Below, piece by piece: positions 1 to 7,543 of a stretch of 32,000 nt of DNA (positions within the stretch are counted from its first letter, which is position 1; every line of letters starts with the position of its first letter). Under the pieces are notes generated by a model. It had not been told where the DNA came from. It saw only the letters and a program-made list of their open reading frames with translations, and did not search any database. The stretch lies in assembly GCF_001457595.1 (NCBI RefSeq), contig NZ_LN831039.1, positions 6,810,001-6,842,000 on the forward strand, read 5' to 3'. The stretch comes from Mycolicibacterium smegmatis (GTDB lineage: Bacteria > Actinomycetota > Actinomycetes > Mycobacteriales > Mycobacteriaceae). A program made the translations under genes and the position numbers.

Positions 1-354
1 GCGGTGGTAGATGACGTGGACGGCCTGTTCGAAGGTGAGCAGTCCGGCGATGTGGTGCGCGGCGACCTCGCCGGCGCTGTGGCCGATCACCGCGTCCGGC
101 GTGATCCCGAAGTGCGCGAGTTGTTCGGCCAGGGCCACCTGGATCGCGAAGTTCGCGGGCTGCGCGAACTCGGTTTCTCCCATGCGCGACGAGGTTTCGT
201 CACGGGTGAGCTCTTCGAGCAGCGACCAGTCGGCGTACCGGGACAGCTCCCGGTCGGTTCGGTGGATGCTGTCGGTGAACACCGGGAACACGTCGAGCAG
301 TCCGCGGCACATCTGCCACCATTGCGGCCCCATCCCGGTGCACACGAACGCCAA
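1..354 (-). other. Acyltransferase (AT) domain, N-terminal half only
   Basis: Residues ~535-652: LAFVCTGMGPQWWQM ... FAQPANFAIQVALAEQL ... VIGHSAGEVAAHH. The substrate-specificity motif (HAFH/YASH position) lies outside the window. Confidence 0.85.
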
Positions 355-1956
355 CCGGGCCTCCCCTGCCCGTCCGGCGGAGATCTGCCCGCCGTCGGCG
401 ACGGCCTGCAGTTGTCGGCGCGCCTCGTCGATGCTGTCGACGACGAAGGTATGGCGGTGGTTCAGGTGGGCCCGGCGGTGGCTGAGGGTGTAACCGAGAT
501 CGGCCAGCGTGACCTCCGGGTGGGCCGCGAGGTGCCCGGCCAACCGACCTGCCGTGGCGACCAGGGCCTCTTCACTGCGCGCCGAGATCGGCAGTACGGT
601 CAGCACTCTGTGGTCGCCGGTCTCCGCGGAGTGGCGGACGGCCGGCGGTTCGGCAAGTACCACATGGGCGTTGGTGCCGCCGAACCCGAACGAGTTGATC
701 CCCGCGATGCGCCGGCCGCACTCGGGGAACGGCCGCCCGATCGCGGGGATGTCGAGCTTGAGCTCGGTGAGGGACACGTGCCGGGTGGGGTTTTTCAGGT
801 GCAGGTTGGCCGGGATGTGGCCGTGTTTGACGATCAGGGCGGCCTTGATGAGTCCCGCGACGCCCGCTCCGGCCTCGAGATGACCGATGTTGGTCTTGAC
901 CGAGCCGATCACCAGCGGACGCGTCGCATCCCGGTCGGTGGTCAAAGCGCCTGCCAGGGCCCGCATCTCGACGGGGTCGCCGACGGGTGTCCCGGTGCCG
1001 TGCGCCTCGACGTAGGCCACGTCGTTCGGTTCGATGCCCGCGCGCTGCAAAGCCATCCGGATCGCGGCTTCCTGCGCCTCTTCGTTCGGCACGGTGATGC
1101 CGTCGGTGTGCCCGTCCTGCGACACCGCGGTGCCGAGGATCTGCGCGTAGATGTCGTCACCGTCGCGTAGCGCGTGGTCGAGCGGTTTGATGACGACGAC
1201 GGCGCCGCCTTCACCGCGGGCGTAGCCGTCGGCCGTATCGGAGAATGCCTTGCTGCGTCCCTCGGGACTGAGGAACCCGCTCTTGGATTCCGCGATCGCG
1301 GTGTTGGGGCCGACCATGATGTTGACACCGCCTGCGAGCGCCACATCGCAGTCGCCGTCCCAGATGCTCTGGGCCGCGAGGTGCACTGCGACAAGCGAAC
1401 TCGAGCATGCGGTGTCGATCGCCATGCTGGGCCCGCGGAAATCGAAGGCGTGCGAGATCCGGTTCGCCAGCATCGTCATCATCATCCCAGTGGCCGAGTG
1501 CGGCTTGAACCGGTAACGGCTGGTGCGGCCCTGGTTCTGCAGAAGCTGGTAGTCCAGCGTGAAACCGCCGACGAACACGCCCACGTCGGTACCTGCGAGT
1601 TCGTCGGCCGGGATTCCGCCGTCCTCCAGCGCCTCCCACGTTGCCTGCAGCAGCAACCGCTGCTGCGGATCGAGCGAATGAGCTTCTCTGGGCGAGATTC
1701 CGAAGAACTGCGGGTCGAATTGGTCGATCTGGTCGAGGAATCCGCCGCGCCGGGTGACGATCTTGCCGATCTTGGCCGGGTTGGGGTCGTGATACTTGGC
1801 GGCGTTCCACCGGTTCTCCGGTACCTCACGCGTGGCGTCGATGTCGTTGCACAACAGATCCCAGTACCGCTGCGCGGAGTCTGCGCCCCCAGGGAACCGG
1901 CAGCCGATCCCGACTATTGCCAGCGGTTGGCGGCTCGTGTGATCTGTGTTCGGCAT
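1..1956 (-). CDS. Type I polyketide synthase, N-terminal KS-AT part (5' end of the gene; it continues beyond position 1)
   Basis: Absent from the ORF track because this frame has no stop inside the window. Reverse-complement translation from ATG (1956-1954), with SD-like GAGGGAG 5 nt upstream, reads MPNTDHTSRQPLAIVGIGCRFPGG... and stays open for all 652 codons to position 1. KS motifs: DTACSSS (Cys codon 1405-1407), EAHGTGT (His 1000-1002), KTNIGH (His 880-882). AT motif: GHSAGE (Ser codon 76-78). Confidence 0.93.
   Translation of the reverse strand, partial: MPNTDHTSRQPLAIVGIGCRFPGGADSAQRYWDLLCNDIDATREVPENRWNAAKYHDPNPAKIGKIVTRRGGFLDQIDQFDPQFFGISPREAHSLDPQQRLLLQATWEALEDGGIPADELAGTDVGVFVGGFTLDYQLLQNQGRTSRYRFKPHSATGMMMTMLANRISHAFDFRGPSMAIDTACSSSLVAVHLAAQSIWDGDCDVALAGGVNIMVGPNTAIAESKSGFLSPEGRSKAFSDTADGYARGEGGAVVVIKPLDHALRDGDDIYAQILGTAVSQDGHTDGITVPNEEAQEAAIRMALQRAGIEPNDVAYVEAHGTGTPVGDPVEMRALAGALTTDRDATRPLVIGSVKTNIGHLEAGAGVAGLIKAALIVKHGHIPANLHLKNPTRHVSLTELKLDIPAIGRPFPECGRRIAGINSFGFGGTNAHVVLAEPPAVRHSAETGDHRVLTVLPISARSEEALVATAGRLAGHLAAHPEVTLADLGYTLSHRRAHLNHRHTFVVDSIDEARRQLQAVADGGQISAGRAGEARLAFVCTGMGPQWWQMCRGLLDVFPVFTDSIHRTDRELSRYADWSLLEELTRDETSSRMGETEFAQPANFAIQVALAEQLAHFGITPDAVIGHSAGEVAAHHIAGLLTFEQAVHVIYHR
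655..1923 (-). other. Ketosynthase (KS) domain of the PKS
   Basis: Residues ~12-434 of the translated PKS, from IAIVGIGCRFPGG through the Cys-His-His motifs to GFGGTNAHVVL. Confidence 0.9.
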
Positions 1957-2042
1957 CGGCACTCCCTCGTCGCGTGACACGGCTTGCGAGTAGTTCGTTG
2001 CCGCGGTGGGTCTGGATGGGTACCCGCTTGAGCAGGAATTTC

Positions 2043-3812
2043 TCACCCGGTGGCCAGGGCAGGCGACGCGGTGATGATCCAATCGCTGCTCAGCGGATTC
2101 GTGGCCTGTTCGCGGCGGTAGGTCGCGCGCAGGTCCCGCAGCAGGCTGTCGCGTTGCCACGCCTGGACCATGCGCACGACGCCGTCGTCGTCGAACCGAC
2201 TGGCCTTGTGCGCGAGCACGGTTTCGGCGAGCTGACCGGCCAGTTGTCTCAGCACCGTCGCGTTGGTGGCGAACTGTCCGGTGAAGTCGACGCTGGGTTC
2301 GGCCATCGCGGTGTGCAGTGACACCATGAAATTCAGCGGCGCATAGAGATCGACGAACGGCACCGTTGTCGCCCGGTCCTCGACAGCGGCCCACTCACGG
2401 AAAAAGGACTGCATGCGGTTGCTCAGCGCGATGAGACCTTCGAGCTGCGGCACGAACTCGGGATCGTCGGCGACGCGGGCGTACCGGTTGTTCATGTAGA
2501 GCAGGCCGATGAACCCCCAGTAGAAGGCGACGTCCCAGATGATCTTGGCCGACATCACCGCCGGGGTGTCCATCAGCGTGTACTGGTCCTGGTACACCCG
2601 CAGCCACATGTCGGTGAGCGACCGGTACAGGGTGTCGCTGATCTGGGCTCGTGCCGAGACGTCCTCGCCGTCCAGATCGCGGGTGATCATGTCGGCGATC
2701 AGGCCGTTGCCGATCGCGACCAGGTCCAGCCCGGACGAGTACAGCGGGTCCAGGAAGATGCCGGCGTCGCCGGTGAGGCACCACCGTTCGCGGCCGTCGT
2801 AGACCTTGGCCGCGCCGTGGCTGTAGTGCTTCATCACCCGGAAATCCCGGATCTGATGTTCGTCATCGGCGAGCACCGCGGCGCACTGCGGTTCGTGTTC
2901 GCGTAGCCAGGCCTTTGCCTTGTCCAGGGTGTTGAACCGGTCGAAGGCGTGGTGGTCGGGATCGGCGACGATCCCGACACTGGTGGCGCCCGACGCGAGC
3001 CTGATCAGCCACACCCAGTAGCCGTCTCCCATGAGGTGATTCGTGGACATCGCGCGCTCACCTTCGACCAGACGGCCCTGCCACGCCGGGTCGTCGCTCC
3101 ACGCGCCGACGTCGATCTCGGTGGCCACGCGGAACCAGGCGGCGTTGCAGTGGTGGCCGGTGGTGCGTTTGAGGTCGAGTTCGCGCCCCAGCAGCCGGTT
3201 GCGTCCCGACGCGTCGACGATCCAGCGTGCCGTGGTGGTGGCCGTCGCGTCGTCACACTGGTAGGTGAGGGTGCGCGTCGTGAGATCGACCGAGCGGACT
3301 CGCCCGCACAGGACCTGCACACCCGCGGCCACACATCGGCGATGGAGTTCGTTCTCCAGGCGTCCGCGGTCGATCTGGTAGGTCACCTGCGGCACGAACG
3401 ACGAGCCGCCCAGCTCCATCCGTTCGGTGATGTCGGTGTTTCCGTTGTGGGAGAAGAACATCCGCAGCCCCATCTTGCGGATCTGCGCGGTGTTCAGATG
3501 GTCGGCCAGGTCGAGCCGGTCCCGTAGGTAGTGCGCGGAGATCTCGACCGTCGACTCGCCGACGGTGTGCGTCATCTCCGGCACCGGCCGCACCTCAGGA
3601 GCGATCATCACCACGCGTGTGCCCGGACGTTCGCGGCGCAGCTGCAGCGCCAGGGTGTGCGCCGCGGCACCGCCGCCCACGATCGCGACGTCGTGATCGG
3701 TGCCGGCGGCGTCGGCGCGCGACAACTGGTTGCGGATCCGTGTGGCGAGGGCCTCCCGCGTCGTGGGGTCCAGGTGTGAGATGTGCGCACGCATGGCGGC
3801 ACGGATACCCAT
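2043..3812 (-). CDS. FAD-dependent halogenase-like flavoenzyme (589 aa)
   Basis: ORF 2043..3812. Dinucleotide fold VAIVGGGAAAH (3660-3677). Lys in IRKMGLRMFF (3474-3476) at the position of the catalytic Lys of flavin halogenases. WxWxI motif YWVWLIRL (3000-3017). FxxPxxSxG motif FLDPLYSSG (2730-2756). Size and long C-terminal extension resemble the CmlS/ChlA-type group. Start could also be the Met 6 codons downstream. Confidence 0.7.
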   Translation of the reverse strand: MGIRAAMRAHISHLDPTTREALATRIRNQLSRADAAGTDHDVAIVGGGAAAHTLALQLRRERPGTRVVMIAPEVRPVPEMTHTVGESTVEISAHYLRDRLDLADHLNTAQIRKMGLRMFFSHNGNTDITERMELGGSSFVPQVTYQIDRGRLENELHRRCVAAGVQVLCGRVRSVDLTTRTLTYQCDDATATTTARWIVDASGRNRLLGRELDLKRTTGHHCNAAWFRVATEIDVGAWSDDPAWQGRLVEGERAMSTNHLMGDGYWVWLIRLASGATSVGIVADPDHHAFDRFNTLDKAKAWLREHEPQCAAVLADDEHQIRDFRVMKHYSHGAAKVYDGRERWCLTGDAGIFLDPLYSSGLDLVAIGNGLIADMITRDLDGEDVSARAQISDTLYRSLTDMWLRVYQDQYTLMDTPAVMSAKIIWDVAFYWGFIGLLYMNNRYARVADDPEFVPQLEGLIALSNRMQSFFREWAAVEDRATTVPFVDLYAPLNFMVSLHTAMAEPSVDFTGQFATNATVLRQLAGQLAETVLAHKASRFDDDGVVRMVQAWQRDSLLRDLRATYRREQATNPLSSDWIITASPALATG

Positions 3813-3824
3813 CCTGAACGGGGG

Positions 3825-5105
3825 CTAAGCGCTGGGCTGCGGGACGCGCTGCGGCGTGGTGTCGCCGGTCCCGGCGGTGCGGTGCCGTCCATAGACGAAC
3901 TCGAAGATCGGCGAGGCCATCAGGGTGGTGACGATCGCGACCAGCACCAGGATGGTGAACAGCGTGGGCGTGATGACGCCGGCCTCGAGCCCGATGTTGA
4001 GCAGGATCAGTTCGATCAGGCCCCGGGCGTTCATCAACGAGCCCAGCGCCAGGGACTCGCGCATCGGCACCCGGCTCAGGCGGGCCGCGACCGCGCACGC
4101 GACGCCCTTGCCGACCACCGCGACCACCAGCAGACCCGCTGTGACGGCCCACAGACCCGGGGTGTTGACCAGCCCGATCTGGGTGTTCAGACCCGAGTAG
4201 ACGAAGAACAGCGGCAGCAGGAATGTGGTGGTCAACGGTTCGAGGCGTCCGGTGAGGCGTTCGGCGAAGAATCCCGACGGCATGGCCGCACCGAGGATGA
4301 ACGCCCCGAAGATCGCGTAGATGCCGATGGTGTCGGTCAGCCAGGCGCAGGCCATGAGCACGATCAGCACGGTGCTGAGCATCGGTGCGGTGATGGCCTG
4401 CCGCGCCTCAGCGGCGTCGCCGAGTTTCGCGAACGCCCGTCGCCCCAGCGTGAGGAGCACCAACGTGTAGACCAGCCCGCCGACGATTGCCACGACCGCC
4501 ATGACGGGGCTGTTGCGATACACCGCGAGGACGATGGCCAGGATGCACCACGATATGGCGTCCGACGTGGCACCGCACGCCAGTGCGAGCGTGCCCAAAG
4601 ATGTTCCGGAGAGCCGCTTTTCGAAGATGATCCGCGCCAGCATGGGGAACGCCGTGATCGCGACCGACGCGCCGAGGAACATCATCGCCATGCCGACGCT
4701 GACGCCGTTTCCGAAGAATCCGCCGTGCGCCAGCAGGGGTATCGCCGCGACGCCACCGAGCGCCAACGGAGCAAACGTTCCGGTGGCCGACACCGCCGCG
4801 GCCGTCCCCGCGCGCTGCTTGACGTGGTTGACGTCGAAGTTCAGCCCGATGATGAACATGTAGAGCACCAGGCCGATCTGCGCCGTCGTGTACAGCACGA
4901 CGTTGGTGATCCCCGGCGGGAACAGGAGGCTCTGCAGGTCAGGGGCGATCCGGCCCAACAGTGACGGGCCGAGGATCACCCCGGCGATCATCTCCCCCAC
5001 CACCTGCGGTTGTCCGATCCGCCGCGCAGCGAGGCCCGCCAACCGGCAGGCCATCAAGATGACGGCCAGTTGAAGGAAGAAGTGGATGGCGGTGTCCGCG
5101 GGCAT
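3825..5105 (-). CDS. Cation:proton antiporter, CPA2/Kef-type membrane domain (426 aa, no RCK/KTN domain)
   Basis: ORF 3825..5105. Polytopic hydrophobic protein whose N-terminus FFLQLAVILMACRLAGLAARRIGQPQVVGEMIAGVILGPSLLG is typical of Na_H_Exchanger/Kef proteins. Its stop lies 12 nt before the halogenase start. Confidence 0.85.
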   Translation of the reverse strand: MPADTAIHFFLQLAVILMACRLAGLAARRIGQPQVVGEMIAGVILGPSLLGRIAPDLQSLLFPPGITNVVLYTTAQIGLVLYMFIIGLNFDVNHVKQRAGTAAAVSATGTFAPLALGGVAAIPLLAHGGFFGNGVSVGMAMMFLGASVAITAFPMLARIIFEKRLSGTSLGTLALACGATSDAISWCILAIVLAVYRNSPVMAVVAIVGGLVYTLVLLTLGRRAFAKLGDAAEARQAITAPMLSTVLIVLMACAWLTDTIGIYAIFGAFILGAAMPSGFFAERLTGRLEPLTTTFLLPLFFVYSGLNTQIGLVNTPGLWAVTAGLLVVAVVGKGVACAVAARLSRVPMRESLALGSLMNARGLIELILLNIGLEAGVITPTLFTILVLVAIVTTLMASPIFEFVYGRHRTAGTGDTTPQRVPQPSA

Positions 5106-5282
5106 GGGTCAGGCCCCGCGGTTCGACGCGCGCACTGTCGTGTGCGCTGTCAGTGCAGGGCCTGTCCGGCCGCCCGTGTCGCGGCCACTTGCCACCATGG
5201 GCTCCCAAGTAGCCTGCCGGGCTCGGATTCAAACGCACTCCTCATCCGTCCCTTGCCACCGGAAGGCAGCGTCGCCGCCAAA

Positions 5283-5298
5283 TCCAACTGGCCAGTTG
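5283..5298. promoter_or_regulatory. Operator-like palindrome, copy 1 (TCCAACTGGCCAGTTG; the 14-bp core CAACTGGCCAGTTG is a perfect palindrome)
   Basis: Read directly. Lies in the 253-bp divergent intergenic region between the antiporter (minus) and the SnoaL-like gene (plus). Confidence 0.4.
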
Positions 5299-5323
5299 CA
5301 GTTTCCGCGCGGCGGTGCCAGAC

Positions 5324-5339
5324 TCCAACTCGTCAGTTG
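5324..5339. promoter_or_regulatory. Operator-like palindrome, copy 2 (TCCAACTCGTCAGTTG)
   Basis: Same 7+6 outer bases as copy 1 (TCCAACT-N3-CAGTTG), 41 bp downstream of it. Ends 19 nt before ATG 5359. Confidence 0.4.
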
Positions 5340-5358
5340 TAATTTTCGGTTGGGGGGA

Positions 5359-5757
5359 ATGACCATAAGCACCGCCACGGTCCTGCGGGATCTCTTCGCC
5401 GCGGCCAAACAGTCGGGTTTCGGCGAGGCGTTTCTCGACCGACTGTCCGACGATGTCGTCTTCACGGCCACGGGTACATCGCCCGTCGCGGGGAAGTATC
5501 ACGGCAAGACCGAGTACCGCGAAAAGGTCCTGAGCCGCCTGCACGATCGCCTCGCGACCCCGATGCGCCCCCAGGTCGACCAGATGATCATCGACGGCGA
5601 GTGGGCCGCCGTGCGCTTCCACACCGAGAACGTGGTGGGCGTCAACGGAACAGACGCCGGCATGCAGTACTGCTGGGTCATCCGCGTGAGCGGCGACCAC
5701 ATCACCGAGGTCATCGGGTACTACGACACCGAGAAGATGGTCGGGCTGTTCGCCTGA
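5359..5757 (+). CDS. NTF2-fold / SnoaL-like (ketosteroid-isomerase-like) protein, 132 aa
   Basis: Internal ATG of ORF 5086..5757, preceded by GGGGGGA SD. The sequence MTISTATVLRDLFAAAKQSGFGEAFLDRLSDDVVFTATG...EWAAVRFH...YCWVIRVSGDHITEVIGYYD has the size and pattern of SnoaL/NTF2-like proteins. The upstream part of the ORF is Arg/Pro-rich with poor coding character. Confidence 0.75.
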   Translation: MTISTATVLRDLFAAAKQSGFGEAFLDRLSDDVVFTATGTSPVAGKYHGKTEYREKVLSRLHDRLATPMRPQVDQMIIDGEWAAVRFHTENVVGVNGTDAGMQYCWVIRVSGDHITEVIGYYDTEKMVGLFA

Positions 5758-5783
5758 TCCCACGTCGAGAACAGGAGCACCTC

Positions 5784-6326
5784 ATGCCGGAATCCGCAAC
5801 GCTCGAAGACCGGTTGCGCACAATCGAAGACACGCTGGCCATCTATGGGCTGCTCGCGACGCATCCGATCAGCGCCGACACGGGTGAACCCGAGCTCATC
5901 GAGGGGATCTACACCGAGGATTTCGTCTTCGACCGGGGACCCGGGCTTGCAGGGGCACAAGGGGTCTCAGCCATGGTCGACCTGGTCGGCAACGCGGCGC
6001 ACCACGCCGCGATCGCCGGTGGCCTCGCGCATTTCGGCAGCCTGCCGCTCATCGAACTCGACGGCGACACCGCGACCGCGACGTCCTACCTCGCACTGAT
6101 CACCCCCGACCACGACGGTGCCGAGCGTGAATTGCCCAATCACGGGTCGTCCACCGGGTTCCGGATCCATCGCGTGCTCGCCAATCGATGGTCGCTCACC
6201 CGCGCGGACGGCCGGTGGCGGATCAGCAAGCGCACCGTCCTGCCGATGGACGGCTCGGGGCCCGCGCTCGACGACGTGGTGCGCAAGGCGAAACCCTTCT
6301 CCTCGATCCGCAACAACTGTCCGTAA
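5784..6326 (+). CDS. NTF2-fold (SnoaL_4-like) protein, 180 aa
   Basis: Internal ATG of ORF 5601..6326 with SD ACAGGAG. LEDRLRTIEDTLAIYGLLATHPISADTG...YTEDFVFD...HFGSLPLIELDGDTATATSYL...WRISKRTV matches the typical pattern of the family. Confidence 0.75.
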   Translation: MPESATLEDRLRTIEDTLAIYGLLATHPISADTGEPELIEGIYTEDFVFDRGPGLAGAQGVSAMVDLVGNAAHHAAIAGGLAHFGSLPLIELDGDTATATSYLALITPDHDGAERELPNHGSSTGFRIHRVLANRWSLTRADGRWRISKRTVLPMDGSGPALDDVVRKAKPFSSIRNNCP

Positions 6327-6399
6327 CCTTCGTTACGATCCGATGCGTCAAGGCCTTTCGAGAAGGCACCTACAGGCGACGACGCAAAGGTGGCGTGCG

Positions 6400-7428
6400 A
6401 TGGACGAATTCCCGCAAGACTACGAACTTTTCGATCTCGGCGACGTGACCCTGCAGCACGGCGCGACGCTGCGCGACGCCAAGCTCGCGTACAAGACCTA
6501 CGGTGAACTCAACGCCGACAAGTCCAACGCGATCGTCTATCCCACCTGGTACTCGGGACGGCACTGGGACAACGAGTGGCTGATCGGTGAGGGCAAGGCG
6601 CTGGACCCGGCCAAGTACTTCATCATCGTGCCGAACATGCTGGGCAACGGCCTGTCCACCTCGCCGTCGAACACGCCGCCGCCGTACAACGCCGCGCGCT
6701 TCCCCAATGTGACGTTCTACGACCAGGTCGAGGTGCAGCACAAGCTCGTCACGTCGTTCGGGATCGAGACCCTCGCCCTGGTCACCGGGTGGTCGATGGG
6801 CGCCGGGCAGACCTACCAGTGGGCCGTGAGCTATCCCGACATGGTGCAGCGCGCGCTGCCGTTCTGCGGGTCGTCGAAGACCAGCGAGCACAACATCGTG
6901 TTCCTCGAAGGCGTGAAGTCCGCGCTCACCGCGGACGCCGCGTTCAACGAGGGCTGGTACACCGAGAAACCGACCAAGGGCATTCGCGCCGCGGCGCGCG
7001 TGTACGCGGGATGGGGTTTTTCCCAGGCGTTCTACTGGCACCAGGAGTACAAGAAGATGGGCTACTCGTCGCTGGAGGATTTCCTGGTCGGTTTCTGGGA
7101 GGGCTTCTTCCTGGACCGCCGCGACCCCAACAACCTGCTGGCGATGCTGTGGACGTGGCAGAACGGCAATGTGGGCAACACCCCGGGGCGCGGGTTCCAC
7201 GGCGATCAGGTCGCGGCGCTGAAGACCATCAAGGCCAAGATGATCGTGGCACCGGCCGAGAAGGACCTGTACTTCCCGCCCGAGGACGAGGAGTTCGCGG
7301 TCAAGCACATCCCTGATGCCGAATTGCGGGTCATCCCAGGCATTTACGGCCACTTCGCGGGCGGTGACGCCAATCCCGAGGACAACAAGTTCATCGACGG
7401 CCTCGTCAGGGAGCTGCTCGCGCGCTGA
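6400..7428 (+). CDS. Alpha/beta-hydrolase of the homoserine O-acetyltransferase (MetX-like) family, 342 aa
   Basis: Internal ATG of ORF 6118..7428. The N-terminus FDLGDVTLQHGATLRDAKLAYKTYGELN...AIVYPTWYSG is MetX-like. Nucleophile elbow GWSMGAGQ. An alternative Met at 6343 cannot be excluded. Confidence 0.8.
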   Translation: MDEFPQDYELFDLGDVTLQHGATLRDAKLAYKTYGELNADKSNAIVYPTWYSGRHWDNEWLIGEGKALDPAKYFIIVPNMLGNGLSTSPSNTPPPYNAARFPNVTFYDQVEVQHKLVTSFGIETLALVTGWSMGAGQTYQWAVSYPDMVQRALPFCGSSKTSEHNIVFLEGVKSALTADAAFNEGWYTEKPTKGIRAAARVYAGWGFSQAFYWHQEYKKMGYSSLEDFLVGFWEGFFLDRRDPNNLLAMLWTWQNGNVGNTPGRGFHGDQVAALKTIKAKMIVAPAEKDLYFPPEDEEFAVKHIPDAELRVIPGIYGHFAGGDANPEDNKFIDGLVRELLAR

Positions 7429-7501
7429 GTCGCGTTAACAAAAAGTCAAAGCCCCCCAGCAAATAAAGTCGATTGTCTTTGCCGGAAACCTCTCCTTAAC
7501 T

Positions 7502-7520
7502 TGATCTCACCGAACGATCA
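7502..7520. promoter_or_regulatory. LysR-type (LTTR) box candidate: TGATC-N9-GATCA containing ATC-N9-GAT / T-N11-A
   Basis: Read directly, 24 nt upstream of ATG 7544. It is preceded by the most AT-rich stretch I noticed in the window (7431-7500), which carries a -35-like TTGTCT (7473-7478) and a TANNNT box TAACTT (7497-7502) 18 nt apart. Confidence 0.35.
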
Positions 7521-7543
7521 CTCGTCGAGGAAATCTGGAGAGA

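Noticed and set aside
4-1977. Long plus-strand ORFs 4..1170 (388 aa) and 1174..1977 (267 aa), plus several shorter ones on both strands.
   Set aside because: They are antisense or out of frame to the PKS, whose KS/AT catalytic motifs read perfectly on the minus strand. Their translations are Arg/Gly/Asp/His-rich with no recognisable motif, which is typical of shadow ORFs in high-G+C DNA.
3783-4964. 393-aa plus-strand ORF.
   Set aside because: It is antisense to the CPA2 antiporter. Its composition is extremely Arg/Asp/Gln/His-rich (RDDAGLEPDVEQDQFDQ...), and the opposite strand encodes a coherent polytopic membrane protein.
5106-5358. Possible riboswitch (for example fluoride/crcB-type, given the ion transporter and halogenase) in the 253-nt leader of the antiporter unit. 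Also a repeated 9-mer CTTGCCACC, two copies roughly 60 bp apart around 5190-5260.
   Set aside because: I could not find the conserved fluoride-riboswitch core (GGnGAUG...CUGAUGA-type elements) or any other riboswitch consensus I know on the minus strand. A single exact 9-mer repeat within 250 bp may be chance. A covariance-model scan (Rfam/Infernal) would be decisive.
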